This document shows, piece by piece, positions 26,690 to 40,639 of a DNA stretch of 64,000 nt. The stretch covers positions 444,520 to 508,519 of the forward strand of contig NIVC01000136.1 in assembly GCA_002269645.1 (NCBI GenBank), in the 5' to 3' direction. The stretch's first letter is position 1. Every line of letters starts with the position of its first letter. The translations under genes were made by a program, and so were the position numbers. Source of the stretch: Macrostomum lignano (lineage: Eukaryota). Below the pieces are notes generated by a model. That model was given only the letters and a program-made list of their open reading frames with translations. It did no database searches and was not told the origin of the DNA.

Positions 26690-29600
26690 ATATCTCTCCC
26701 CCCTTTGAACAAATACAGTCAGACAAACCAAAAAATGTTCAGGAATCGTTGCCCAAATTATCCAGGCACGAATCTCTCCGGCGGCTTTGGATTCTGTCGG
26801 AGACCGATTCCTCGTTGTCGATCTCTCACTGTAGGCTCCTCCTGTACTGGCTGGTTTGCTGCTTTGAGCCTTGAGGGAACCTCCGTCTCGCATTTTTCTT
26901 CTGGGGAGTCTTTCCAATTAACTCTCTTTAGTCGCGAGAAGTTCCTTCGCACTATTCTGCCGTCTTCGGTTTGAATCCTCACAGTCGTGCCATTAGTCCC
27001 GACGACCGTTCCCGGTTGCACTTCATAAGGCTGTTCGTACTTGCTGTTGCGAAATTCTCGTCTCCAGATGACCTGATTGCCAGGGCAGAACATCTTCTGG
27101 TACTTGGCTAGTCCGTCTTCTGCCATTTTCCGTTTGTACTCGTCATCACGAGCTTTGATGTCGCTGTTTGGAGTCATGGTTCTCCTTTCGGAATTGGTAA
27201 CTTCCTGTCGAATTCTCTCTTAAAGAATAGCATCCCTGGGGATTCTCCAGTCGCGCGGATCGGTGAAGATCTGTAGCTGTACAATAACCGTCCAAGTTCT
27301 TGTTTCAGGTTATTCCTTTCCCGACTGCAGATTTGCAGGGTCTTGTTTAGAGTTTTGTTGAAGCGTTCCACTTCTGCGTTGCCACGAGGCCAGTATGGGG
27401 TGCTCTTTCGGTGCTTTACGTTAAATTCTCGCATTAGATTCTTGAATTCTTCGGATATGAACTGTGGACCATTGTCTGTGATTAATTCTTCTGGTGCACC
27501 GTACGAGTGAAATACTTCCTTCATTTTATTGCTCACCTCCGTCGCGTCAGCCTTCGGCAACACGTAAACTAACGGGTAGCGAGAATAGTAGTCTACGATG
27601 ACTAATAGTGTCTTTCCAGACGGAAGAGGTCCTTTTAGATCGGTACCTATTAGCTTCCAGGCTCCTTCTGGTAGCTCCGTCGGAATGATTGATGGTTTTC
27701 TCGTTTCCGGAAGTGCTCTTGAGCAACTTTCACATGATGATACAAAGTTCTGTACATCTTCTGCCATCAGAGGCCACCAAACGCATCTTTTCAGCCGCTC
27801 AGTGATTTTGGTGATTCCCAAATTCCCTTCGTGCATTGTCTCTAACACTGCCATAACAGACTTTCTCGGAACTACATAGCGGTCTTGGTACAACAGGACT
27901 CCATTTGTGCTGGAAAGTTGGCTTCTGACATTGTAATACGTGTTGGATTTACTCCATTGCCCCGTTTGTAGCGATCTCAAAGCTGATTGAATCCACGGGT
28001 CGTCTTTTGAATCGTTCTCAATGTCACTTTTAGAGATTCCCCAATATTGAACTTCCGTAGAAATTTGCTGGATGAGATGTTCGTCTGCCTTGGCACTTGA
28101 TGCTTTGGGGTTCTCCACGTTCATCGGTTGTCTGGATAAATAGTCTGCCTCATTCGCCTCTCCTGGTTCGTAATTTAATTTGAAATTGAAGTGCTGGAGG
28201 CGCATCGCCCATCTCTCGATTCTCGGAGGCGGTTTGGAACCTGGGCGAAAACAACCAAGCAGTGGCTTGTGATCAGTAATAACCGTGAATTTTGGAGCGC
28301 CCAGTAGATAGATTTGAACCTTTTCACACGCCCATTTTATTGCTAATGCCTCGCGCTCGGTCTGGCTGTACCTTCTTTCGACGTCACTTAGCGTCCTGCT
28401 TGCGTAGCATACCGGACTGATGGTGCCTCGACTGTCTGTTTGGGTTAGGACAGCTCCGAGACCCACCGGTGAAGCGTCGACTCGCAGTTCGATTGTTCTT
28501 GAAGTGTCGAAGTAGGCCAGTGTTTCTGGGGTAGAAGTTCGTCTGCAAAGGCTTCCTTTCGTTTGTGCTCCAGTTCCAGTTGCACCTGCTTTCCAGCGTT
28601 TCGCGTTAACTTCTGAATCGGTTCTGCGATGGTCGCCAAGTTAGGGATGAAGCGTGAGACGAATTGCACTAGGCCCATGAATGACCTTACCTCGCTGGGA
28701 TTTGTAGGTTCTCTGAAAGTCCGAATGGCTTGCACCTTTGCGTCACCAATTTGCAATCCCTTGCGAGTCAGTAGCATTCCCATGAAGGTTATTTTATCCA
28801 CTGAAAACTTGCACTTTTCCTTCCCGATGGTTATGTTATTCTCTTTCAGTCGTTGCAGGACTTTTCTCAAGCGGTCATTGTGCTCTTCCAAAGTACAACC
28901 GTAGATCCCGATGTCATCCTGGATATTCAGAACTCCTGAAATGCCAGCAAGAACTCAATGAATTTCCGATTGGAGTGTAAACGATGAGTTCACCCAGCCC
29001 ATTGGTAGTCTCTTGTATCTCATAAGTGGCCAGTCTTTCAAGCCTGTTGAGAATGTCGTGAGCATCCTGGAGTCTTCGTGCAGTTCTAGCTGATGAAACA
29101 TTTTGTTACCATCCAAGTAGGAGAAGTACTTAGCATCGCCAACGTTAATCAGTTGTTCGTCGATGCTGGGCAGTGGGTAGTGCTCCTTTCTAGTAGCCTT
29201 GTTTATGTTTCTGAGATCAACCGTGGCTCTCAATTTACCGTTGGCCTTCGGAACAGCCACTAATCTTGACACCCATTCAGTAGTTCCCTTGACTGGCTCG
29301 ATTATATCATCTTTTAACTGCCCTTCTAGTTCTTCGCGCAATTTCTGATGGAGGTGTGCTGGTATACGCGATGGTGGATGAACAATAGGATTGGCGTTCT
29401 CCTTCAGGCGAATCTTAACTTTGCTGTCTTTGAGTTTTCCTATTCCACGGAAGACATCCTTGAACTCTTCCAGAATCACTTGCGTTGGCTGCTGAATGTT
29501 CTCGATATGAAGGCAGCTTTTATCCGAGCCCCATGTCAGGAAACCGTGCTTGAAGGCATCCTCAAATCCGATAGTGTGCGTGCATCCTTTACTGGGGTTA

Positions 29601-30196
29601 CGTGAAACTTCATTTGCTGTGTACTTCCGTTGAGAGTAACTTCCAGATTTACTGTGCCTTGGGTTTCGATGGGGATCCTGGCCAGTCGAAAATTAGTATC
29701 TGATCGCACTTTTAGCAACTGTGTTGTAGGATATTAGATTTAGATTGGAGCCCGAGTCAATTAGTACATCGCATTTTCTGCCGTTGATGACAGCTTGCTT
29801 TGTTGCACCGTTCTTCTTCGCGCTAACGCTTGCTATCGTATGAATCTCCTCTGAGTCTGACGATTCAGTCACGCCAGATTTTTTCGTTTCGTAAACTTGA
29901 AGTTTACTTTTGGTTGGTACTTTGGTTCTGCACATCTTAGCATGATGTCCCACCTTGTTGCATTTCTTGCAAGTATCGTTGCGCGCATAGCAGTTTTCTG
30001 CTGTATGTGAGCTTCTTCCACAGCGGCTACAGACATCGCGAGCACTGGACTTTCTTCTGGGAAACTGCTTGCTGTCAATTCCAGTTTTCTTCGATTTAGG
30101 GAATCTTCTTGGTCCTTTTGACTGTCCGACTGCATTGACGGTGCTCGGGTCGGAGACGTGCTTCTCAATGACACCGCTCTGGCTGTTCGTCGATTC

Positions 30197-30313
30197 GTGC
30201 TAGAAAAGAAAATGATCAGCCTCTGGGGCTGCGACTCACTTATCTGTATATTTAAGCATGACTGAACCATAGATATAAAATAAGCATTTACATTTGCATT
30301 CGTTGGAAATCCA
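30197..30313 (-). repeat. 5' LTR fragment fused directly to mid-gag
   Basis: About 115-bp match to 26572-26689 with a few substitutions. It joins gag at TTTTCTAGCAC|GAATCG, and no PBS is visible. Confidence 0.7.
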
Positions 30314-31100
30314 ATAGACACATCCACGGTTCCCGTCTCGGAAAGACGCACCAGCTTGCCGTCATGCAACATGTGAATCAGCACCTTTTCGTTTCCAATA
30401 ATCCAGTCACCGAATGACATCGACTCAACAGCCGCTGACTTTGACTTCATACTCAATCGGCCCGATTTATCGACTGTGGTGGCCAACCCGGCATCCTTCT
30501 GCTCACGGCTACTTAGGTGTTCCACCGGCCTGTACGCCCCTCCGACAACTGTCCCTTCTGACTCAAGGTTGGGGCCTTCATTCAAAACCCTCTCAAAAAG
30601 GCACGACATCTCACCGGGCGGATCATTGCGTCTCCGTAGATCGAGCGTCAGCTTCTAGAGCGGCTTCTTGCTTGCGCAGAGTCAGAAGGCGCACCCTCTT
30701 CTCTGCGAGCTCCTCGTGGGGCATCTCCACGTCCTCTGCCTTTTGCTATTTCTGGAACTATTGTCCGTGTCTAGTTCTTCTCGACGTGGGTCAGTCGGGG
30801 CGTTGAGTTCCAGTTGCGTTGCTTCGTGGTGAGCAGCCAAGCGTTCCCTGAGTACTGCATTTCGGCCGTTTGTAGAGAGATCTGCCTGTATAAGCGCGGC
30901 CTTCAGGCCTTTCACAGTCTCGGGCATATGCACTCTGTGGTTTGAGTCAGCCATTGCTACGCAGGGGTAAAAAAATTCAACGCATCGAGAACAAGCGATT
31001 TCAACTCAAAACGAGGCCTAAAAAGGCACAGAGCACAACCAACCACCCACACCAACGCCGCAAACCCACCCCCACGGGTGGAGCCAAACAACCCCACGTT
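30314..31100 (-). mobile_element. Remnant ORF1 with an N-terminal SAP motif, resembling DIRS/Ngaro-type (tyrosine-recombinase retrotransposon) gag-like proteins; frameshifted and truncated by the Gypsy insertion
   Basis: ATG 30954 gives ..TVKGLKAALIQADLSTNGRNAVLRERL (SAP pattern). Downstream MSFGDWIIGNEKVLIHMLHDGKL recalls the DIRS-like ORF1 motif from memory; no search was run. Confidence 0.4.
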
Positions 31101-31118
31101 AGTCCACGCCGTACACAG

Positions 31119-34100
31119 TACTGACAATAGACAGCACAATACTGATAGAACAGACAGCACAATACTGATAGAACAGACAGCACAATACTGATAGAACAGA
31201 CAGCACAATACTGATAGAACAGACAGCACAATACTAAAAGAACCGACAGCACCATACTGATAGAACAGACAGCACAATGCTGATAGAACAGACAGCACAA
31301 TACTGATAGAACAGACAGTACAATACTGACAGAACAGACAGCACAATACTGATAGAACAGACAGCACAATACTGATAGAACAGACAGCACAATACTGATA
31401 GAACAGACAGCACAATACTGATAGAACGGCACAATACTGATAGAACACAGCATACTGATAGAACAGACAGCACAATACTGATAGAACAGACAGCACAATA
31501 CTGATAGAACAGACAGCACAATACTGATAGAACAGACAGCACAATACTGATAGAACAGACAGCACAATACTGATAGAACAGACAGCACAATACTGATAGA
31601 ACAGACAGCACAATACTGATAAAACAGACAGCACAATACTGATAGAACAGACAGCACAATGCTGATAGAACAGACAGCACAATACTGATAGAACAGACAG
31701 TACAATGCTGACAGAACAGACAGCACAATACTGATAGAACAGACAGCACAATACTGATAGGACAGACAGCACAATACTGATAGAACAGACAGCACAATAC
31801 TGATAGAACAGACAGCACAATACTGATAGAACAGACAGCACAATACTGATAGAACAGACAGCACAATACTGATAGAACAGACAGCACAATACTGATAGAA
31901 CAGACAGCACAATACTAAAAGAACCGACAGCACAATACTGATAGAACAGACAGCACAATACTGATAGAACAGACAGCACAATACTGATAGAACAGACATC
32001 ACAATACTGATAGAAAAGACAGCACAATACTGATAGAACACACAGCACAATACTGATAGAACAGACAGCACAATACTGATAGAACAGACAGCACAATACT
32101 GATAGAACAGACAGCACAATACTGATAGAACAGACAGCACAATACTGATAGAACAGACAGCACAATACTGATAGAACAGACAACACAATACTGATAGAAC
32201 AGACAGCACAATGCTGATAGAACAGACAGCTCAATACTGATAGAACAGACGGCACAATACTGATAGAACAGACAGCATAATGCTGATAGAACAGACAGCA
32301 CAATACTGATAGAACAGACAGCACAATGCTGATAGAACAGACATCACAATACTGATAGAACAGACAGCACAATGCTGATAGAACAGACAGCTCAATAACT
32401 GATAGAACAGACAGCACAATACTGATAGAACAGACAGCTCAATAACTGATAGAACAGACAGCACAATACTGATAGAACAGACAGCTCAATAACTGATAGA
32501 ACAGACAGCACAATACTGATAGAACAGACAGCACAATACTGATAGAACAGACAGCTCAATAACTGATAGAACAGACAGCACAATACTGATAGAACAGACA
32601 GCACAATGCTGATAGAACAGACAGCTCAATAACTGATAGAACAGACAGCACAATACTGATAGAACAGACAGCACAATGCTGATAGAACAGACAGCTCAAT
32701 AACTGATAGAACAGACAGCTCAATAACTGATAGAACAGACGGCACAATACTGATAGAACAGACGGCACAATACTGATAGAACAGACAGCATAATGCTGAT
32801 AGAACAGACAGCACAATACTGATAGAACAGACAGCACAATGCTGATAGAACAGACATCACATTACTGATAGAACAGACAGCACAATGCTGATAGAACAGA
32901 CAGCACAATACTGATAGAACAGACAGCACAATACTGATAGAACAGACATCACAATGCTGATAGAACAGACAGCACAATACTGATAGAACAGACAGCACAA
33001 TACTGATGGAACAGACAGCACAATACTGATAGAACAGACAGCACAATACTGATAGAACAGACAACACAATATGATAGAACAGACAGCACAATGCTGATAG
33101 AACAGACAGCTCAATACTGATAGAACAGACAGCACAATACTGACAGAACAGACAGCACAATACTGATAGAACAGACAGCACAATACTGATAGAACAGACA
33201 GCACAATACTGATAGAACAGACAGCACAATACTGATAGAACAGACAGCACAATACTGATAGAACAGACAGCACAATACTGATGGAACAGACAGCACAATA
33301 CTGATAGAACAGACGGCACAATACTGATAGAACAGACGGCACAATACTGATAGAACAGACAGCATAATGCTGATAGAACAGACAGCACAATGCTGATAGA
33401 ACAGACAGCTCAATAACTGAAAGAACAGACAGCTCAATAACTGATAGAACAGACGGCACAATACTGATAGAACAGACGGCACAATACTGATAGAACAGAC
33501 AGCATAATGCTGATAGAACAGACAGCACAATACTGATAGAACAGACAGCACAATGCTGATAGAACAGACATCACAATACTGATAGAACAGACAGCACAAT
33601 GCTGATAGAACAGACAGCTCAATAACTGATAGAACAGACAGCACAATGCTGATAGAACAGACAGCTCAATAACTGATAGAACAGACAGCACAATACTGAT
33701 AGAACAGACAGCACAATACTGATAGAACAGACAGCACAATACTAATAGAACAGACAGCACAAAATTATACTGATAGAACAGACAGCACAATACTGATAGA
33801 ACAGACAGCACAATACTGATGGAACAGACAGCACAATGCTGATAGAACAGACAGCACAATAACTGATAGAACAGACAGCACAATACTGATAGAACAGACA
33901 GCACAATACTAATAGAACAGACAGCACAAAATTATACTGATAGAACAGACAGCACAATACTGATAGAACAGACAGCACAATGCTGATAGAACAGACAGCT
34001 CAATAACTGATAGAACAGACAGCACAATGCTGATAGAACAGACAGCTCAATAACTGATAGAACAGACAGCACAATACTGATAGAACAGACAGCACAATAC

Positions 34101-35671
34101 TGATAGAACAGACAGCACAATACTAATAGAACAGACAGCACAAAATTATACTGATAGAACAGACAGCACAATACTGATAGAACAGACAGCACAATACTGA
34201 TGGAACAGACAGCACAATACTGATAGAACAGACAGCTCAATAACTGATAGAACAGACAGCACAATACTGATAGAACAGACAGCTCAATAACTGATAGAAC
34301 AGACAGCACAATACTTATAGAACAGACAGCACAATGCTGATAGAACAGACAGCACAATGCTGATAGAACAGACAGCACAATACTGATAGAACAGACAGCA
34401 CAATACTGATAGAACAGACAGCACAATACTGATAGAACAGACAGCACAATACTGATAGAATAGACAGCACAATACTGATAGAACAGACAGCACAATAGTG
34501 ATAGAACAGACAGCACAATACTGATAGAACAGACAGCACAATACTAAAAGAACCGACAGCACAATACTGATAGAACAGACAGCACAATGCTGATAGAACA
34601 GACAGCACAATACTGATAGAACAGACATCACAATACTGATAGAACAGACAGCACAATACTGATAGAACACACAGCACAATACTGATAGAACAGACAGCAC
34701 AATACTGATAGAACAGACAGCACAATACTGATAGAACAGACAGCACAATACTAATAGAACAGACAGCACAATACTGATAGAACAGACAGCACAATACTGA
34801 TAGAACAGACAACACAATACTGATAGAACAGACAGCACAATACTGATAGAACAGACAGCACAATACTAAAAGAACCGACAGCACAATACTGATAGAACAG
34901 ACAGCACAATGCTGATAGAACAGACAGCACAATACTGATAGAACAGACAGTACAATACTGACAGAACAGACAGCACAATACTGATAGAACAGACAGCACA
35001 ATACTGATAGAACAGACAGCACAATACTGATAGAACAGACAGCACAATACTGATAGAACAGACAGCACAATACTGATAGAACAGACAGCACAATACTGAT
35101 GGAACAGACAGCACAATACTGATAGAACAGACAGCTCAATAACTGATAGAACAGACAGCACAATACTGATAGAACAGACAGCTCAATAACTGATAGAACA
35201 GACAACTCAATAACTGATAGAACAGACAGCACAATACTGATGGAACAGACAGCACAATACTGATAGAACAGACAGCACAATACTGATAGAACAGACAGCA
35301 CAATACTGATAGAACAGACAGCTCAATAACTGATAGAACAGACAGCACAATACTGATAGAACAGACAACTCAATAACTGATAGAACAGACAGCACAATAA
35401 TGATAGAACAGACAGCAAAATACTGATAGAACAGACAGCTCAATAACTGATAGAACAGACAGCACAATACTGATAGAACAGACAGCACAATACTGATAGA
35501 ACAGACAGCACAATACTGATAGAACAGACAGCACAATACTGATAGAACAGACAGCTCAATAACTGATAGAACAGACAGCTCAATAACTGATAGAACAGAC
35601 AGCTCAATAACTGATAGAACAGACAGCTCAATAACTGATAGAACAGACAGCTCAATAACTGATAGAACAGT
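31119..35671. repeat. 23-bp satellite (GAACAGACAGCACAATACTGATA)n, about 195 units, with 24-bp variant units (..CAGCTCAATAACTGATA) and higher-order blocks
   Basis: 23-nt period (ACTGAT at 31141, 31164). Variant units recur, e.g. TACTAAAAGAACCGAC at about 31236, 31915, 34543 and 34863. Confidence 0.97.
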
Positions 35672-35912
35672 TACTTAGTAGATTAAATCAGTATCAGTAA
35701 TGAAACACTTCAGAAAAGCCTCTTGCGCTCGTAGCAACAAAACGTTAATGTTTTCAGCTGGTACTTCAATTTATTGGAAATCTGAGTCTAAAAACTTTGA
35801 ATTAACTGCGAACAGCATCTGTATACGAGCGTATTAGCTTAAGCATGCAAATAAGTAGCTCGTAACTACTTCAATGAACAGAGTGCATTATTGCGTTGCT
35901 CAGTTTTGATGC

Positions 35913-38900
35913 TCAAATCTGCAGCATCAGCCGCACTTCACGAAGAGACACAATAGTAGAGCCAGAGTACCATATCATATAGCCGTAATTTCGTCTCTCT
36001 CGCGAAGGAAAACGTCCGTTAGGGTTGGCTTTATAGCAGTTTTTAAACCACCAGCCTCCTTTTCCAGGAGTGCTTGAGCATAAACCAGAGCCATTCTCCT
36101 TGTCCATCGTGGAGAACCGCATGCCTCTTTGGGTCTTCAACGCGTCAATGCTGACACTGGACCTGTCCCTCAGCATCTCTCGGTACGTCATCCGATACCC
36201 AGTGCTGGCGTCTCCCACCTGGAATCCCGCGTACTCCGCATGCAGCTCAGAGCCGCTCCACAGCTTCATCTCCACTCTGAGGGTGGCGCCGCCCTGGCTG
36301 AGCGAGTGGATGGCGGAGAGACCTGCGGGAGGAGAGCGGCTGAGTCTGAGTCACTTCTGCTCGGCTTGTCGCCGCTGCTGCCAGGTGAATCGTCATTCGG
36401 ATGTTGAGATAAAATTTTACCAGTGTGCGTTTCATAGCAGATGGTGGAGCTAAATTTGTTTATTGCAAAAGCTAAATGCTCCATTTTAAGCCTTCTGATA
36501 TCCCAGATGAGCAGCTTTTTTGCTCTTCTAACACAGCAATTTGGGTTTTTAAATTGTATCAGATCAGGACTGAAACGAATTGTTATCTGAATACTTCGGT
36601 TTGCATTCTTGACTGCGACTCAGAGCAATTACTTGTCGGAGACAAGCTAACTTCACACTTTTTCAAAAGTACGTCATGTACTCGTATCTATTATAAGGTT
36701 TTTATGAGGCTTTAATTTTTTTATCTTTTACATGGCATTAAAGGTGCAAATCTTTATTAGTTAAAGAAATGGCTCCAGGACCAGGCTTTCTGCAAACTAT
36801 AGAGAAATAAACGCAAAAGCTTTTTATTTGCAGCGATTATTGTGGGGTTGAGGAGAATGATTGACCAGTGGGAAGCGGATCTTCGCAGCTGAAGTACACC
36901 AGTGTTTATCGTCACAAAATTGACGATACTGTATTTCTATAAAATGAATTAAACTGTAAGTAAAGCTCCTTAGCTGAAAAAATGAAAAATCATAAGTAAC
37001 AAATAATGTAACAATCAGTCAGTTTCAAGCAGCACCACCAGAACCGAGTCGGCTGGTGCTGCTCTGGCTGGTGCTGCTCTGGCTGGCGCTGCTCTGGCTG
37101 GTGCTGCTCTGGCTGGTGCTGCTCTGGCTGGTGCTGCTCTGGCTGGTGCTGCTCTGGCTGGTGATGCTCCGGCTGGTGCTGCTCTGGCTGGTGCTCCTCC
37201 ATTTCAACAAATGCACTGTGGTTGCCAACACAGCAAGCCCGCGTGTCTTGTTCGAACAGCTTGTGAAGGGCCGATCTGTTTTTTCACTGCTCTTCGCTTC
37301 AGATTAGCTTTGGGACTTCCATTTTTCGAAATTTTCTTTGTCTGAACGGAGTTTCAAAATCATTTTCATTGGTAAGTCCAGAAAACTTTTATCTTTCATT
37401 TTACTTCATCTGAAGCACACTATTGGATATCGACGGTCCTAGCGGTATAAAAACCACAGTCAGTCCACAGTCAAGACTGCACACACAGTCTTGAGCCAAG
37501 GAAACCCAAACTTGGATTCAGGACTCTCCTTGCACTCAGAACCGAAGAACGGATGGTCTCATCTTTTTGGTGAGCTCGAGGAAAATAATGGCAGCAGCTT
37601 ACTGGTTTACCTGAAGCAGCCCGAGGACCCGAAACGCAAATCAGTCGGGAAAGGTCAATGTAGAGCATTGCCGTCATGCCGCAAATTGGACTTAATATCC
37701 TATTAAAAGGGCGGGCAGCTAAGCTTTTTATCAATCTTTCATCCGTTGAAAGTGCATGAGTCAACTAGCGTTTCATCATAAGATTCACATGATCAGCTAC
37801 CACTCCCGTTATACAATACGAGTATTAGTTGATGCAAAACTGCCGCTCACCGATCCAGAAGTCAGTGCCGTCACCGAACCCAGTCTCGTACTCAGTCCAG
37901 TTTCGTTGGAAACTAACTCTGCCGGTAAGTCGCTGCTGTATCTTCACAAACCAGCGACCGTCTGGAAGCATTTGAAACACCGCTGTGCGTTGGTCAGTGG
38001 CGCTGTGAAGCTTGGCGCAGGACTTCAGACTGGAGCAGCTGACTGCATCTTCAGACGCTTTCATTCTCCATGACGAATCGATTTGGCTGGACTTGGAGAG
38101 GCACTGCTCAGCAACCAGCGATTTCACCCGCCACTGCACGTGTCGCCACAGGTCAGCGGGCTCCGCCAGCACAGCAGTCCTGGAAATCGTCAAATCATTT
38201 CTTGAACGGTGCAGTTCTACATAGAAATCTCTACCTATAAAAATGAAAACTCTGGGTCTGTGTGTTTGCGTTTGCCTTTGCCTTTTGAGGCAATTTGTGT
38301 TTGCCTCAAATAATAATTTTACATGAATGTACTCTATTTTAAATTAACTCTATCCTAACTATTAACAGATTTTTGTTTGAGTTTGACCTTAGATTGTACG
38401 AGCGTAGAATACATGCAAAAATAGTCCTGTTTTCCCAGGTTTCAAAATGGAATTCCCTAGGTTTAATATCCGCGGGTTTCAACAGCTTCTTTATTATAAA
38501 TTACTATCAAATCAAATAATTCTATTGCATCCGATAGCTAAATAGCAACCAAGCTGGTACTGAAAGAATTTTTAGTACTCTCGCTAAGACTGCTAAGTCC
38601 TGCTCAGTAAATAATATCTATTAAACAAAACAAAATGTCAGCTAACCTGAGATCGCGGCAATCTGTCAAGGTTCTGCAGAGCAGCCGCACCTGAGCGGAC
38701 CTCCAGTCTGCCGACGCCATCAGCGGACCGACCTCGAACCGAGCACTCAACGAAGAGCTCACCGATCTCTCAGCAGTCCACAGCCGCATGAAATCGACCG
38801 AGCGAGGCGACAAATCGGCCAACTGAGTCCTCACAGCATCGCGTGTGGCCTCATCTTGCAGCACCAGATCCAGCTTCAGGTAGTGCATGTCTCGGCTGTA

Positions 38901-39788
38901 GTCATATCTGACTGACTCGCTGCTCAAGCTGGAGACGTTGTGGCACAGCAGAGGCTCGATGAGGAAGTGGCCCTCGATGTCGAGTGTCTGGTGCACTCGG
39001 GCAGAGCAGTTCTCTAGTTTGACGGTGCGGATGAATTTCAGCTGTCGGCATGTCGGCAGAGGTAAGAATCTTTGCCGGTGCAAGTCCAGATCGAACATGC
39101 TGTCGTTTTGCAGCATTACGCGGCTCTGAACCTCATGACAAGATCCGTTTGCAATGATAAAAGCTGATATCTTCACTTTTTCAAGAGCCTCTTGTGGTGA
39201 GCTTCCAAAGTCATCACTGCGCTTCAGCTGGGTATATACTGATTGAAAATGCCGGAGGGGTAAACTTTCCTGTAAAATCTTTGGACGTGAAAATTTACTT
39301 GAATTGTTCTTGAAAACAATCCTTTTGAAGCCGAGTCTCAGAGTGGCTACTGGCTCATCCGGAGTCCACAGGAAGCTCAAAACCCGAACCGATGAGCGGT
39401 TGTTGGCTGAGACGCTGATGTTGGTCACCGTGGCGAATCTCACAGACCTCGGTGACAGATCCCGCAGTTGACGCTGAGCCTCTGCGAGCATCCCAGCATC
39501 CCTCATCAATACAGGAACGCTGAAGTACAGCTGCTGGGTGATGAAGTCGAATCGGGGAACAATGCCTCTCAGGCTGTCCGTCACGCACATGAGCGGCTCG
39601 ACTGCCAAGTGCGGACCGTCGCTCGCTCCCGTGTCGTGCACGAACAGCGCGCAGCCGTTCACGCTGAGCTGCGCCACGAAGCGGAGCCGCGGAGAGTCAG
39701 CGGGAGCGCACTGGGAGACCTGGCCGGCTGCCAGCGAGCAGAGCAGCAGAGCCAACGCTGCAGAAACTCGCAACTGAAAGAGCTGCAT
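35913..39788 (-). CDS. Secreted fibrinogen-related protein (FReD/FREP-like): signal peptide + 2 copies of an unrecognised domain + FBG domain. Exons 39788-38647, 38179-37851, 36322-35913.
   Basis: Phases match (AG|G, then G|GT). FBG motifs IQQRLTGRVSFQRNWTEYETGFG..FWIG|LSAIH, FSTMDKEN, GGWWFKNCYKANPNG, EVRLML*. Hydrophobic N-terminus MQLFQLRVSAALALLLCSLAAG. Confidence 0.8.
37050..37198. repeat. 15-bp minisatellite (CTGGTGCTGCTCTGG)n, about 10 copies, intronic
   Basis: Direct inspection. It lies within intron 2 of the FReD gene. Confidence 0.9.
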
Positions 39789-39923
39789 GGCTTTAGATGC
39801 AAGGCCTGAATGTCTTTAAACTTTTTATTGCTTTGATTTGCACAATGGAATTCTGATGCGTATCGCAGTGTGTGGACGCAGCCAAGTTAGAAGCGAAATT
39901 CGGGCTGTGCGCTGCACCGGCTT

Positions 39924-39930
39924 ATATAGA
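39924..39930 (-). promoter_or_regulatory. Candidate TATA box of the FReD gene
   Basis: The plus strand has CTTATATAG (TATATAA on the minus strand) about 135 nt upstream of ATG 39788. Confidence 0.35.
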
Positions 39931-40639
39931 GCTCACACAACGTGGGGGGCATGCCGTCCAATAGTGAAAGCCGCAATAGCGTAAATCTGTTGAACCTCTC
40001 AGCTGGGTGCATCCGAACCCCCAGTCAAACTGTCGAGCTGTTTAGTGCCTGTGCATTCGTGCTGCACCAGCTGAAGTCCCTGGCCACCACAAGGCACGGC
40101 TTTGTTTCTGCGAACTGAAAAATTTGAAGAGCTGCGCGTGACCGCAGGCCGTAGCATTCCATTTAGAAATGGCTGTCAACCAGCGCATCGCGTAAACAAA
40201 TTAATTTATTAACTCAGGTTTTCTTAGTCTTCTTCGTTTTTGCTTTTAGCGCATCATCTGAACGAAATACATTTCTTAAATATAAATTCAACAGAGGCGT
40301 CTGTAATCTGTCTGTCTGAATCTGTCTTTGTCGAGTGCACCAAACGCCTGCGAGCCAACTCACAGATCAGGAGGAGAGCCTCAGAAATGATGAGACAGCA
40401 GTAGAGTATAAATAAATGACGGGAAACCTTTGAAGTGGGAATCCGAGCAACTGCAACTTGGCGACTGTAGCGCTACTCTTATTCGTTTACAGATTAAAGT
40501 CAGTCAGTCGCGCTGGTCTATCTTGAATGCTGTTAATTAAATAGCCAGTTGTTTTCATTTCGACAGTCAATCGAGAATTTACGAGTACATGGCACACAAA
40601 AATCAATCAAACGGAATACTAAAACGAACTACGGGAATT

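Larger units (their letters stand above)
26572..30313 (-). mobile_element. Ty3/Gypsy LTR retrotransposon, internally deleted and frameshifted (gag C-terminus - PR - RT - RNase H - IN)
   Basis: Two CCHC knuckles (CSRCGRSSHTAENC, CKKCNKVGHHAKMC) at about 29935-30035. Protease LIDSG at about 29760. RT LPMG plus IQDD at about 28920. RNase H DASPVG/YSQTEREAL/TDHKPL. Integrase TDLKG..TDNGPQF..VERFNKT. The domain order is Gypsy-type. Confidence 0.9.

Noticed and set aside
30682-30954. SAP-domain ORF as the N-terminus of the Gypsy gag
   Set aside because: An LTR copy (30197-30313) lies between it and the Gypsy gag knuckles, so it lies outside that element.
31119-35671. CRISPR-like appearance of the short tandem repeats (also 19630, 21314, 40740, 52665)
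   Set aside because: The units are head-to-tail with no unique spacers, there are no cas genes, and the context is eukaryotic.
36990-37307. ORFs with EQHQP / SSTSQ / LVLLW repeats
   Set aside because: They are translations of an intronic 15-bp minisatellite.
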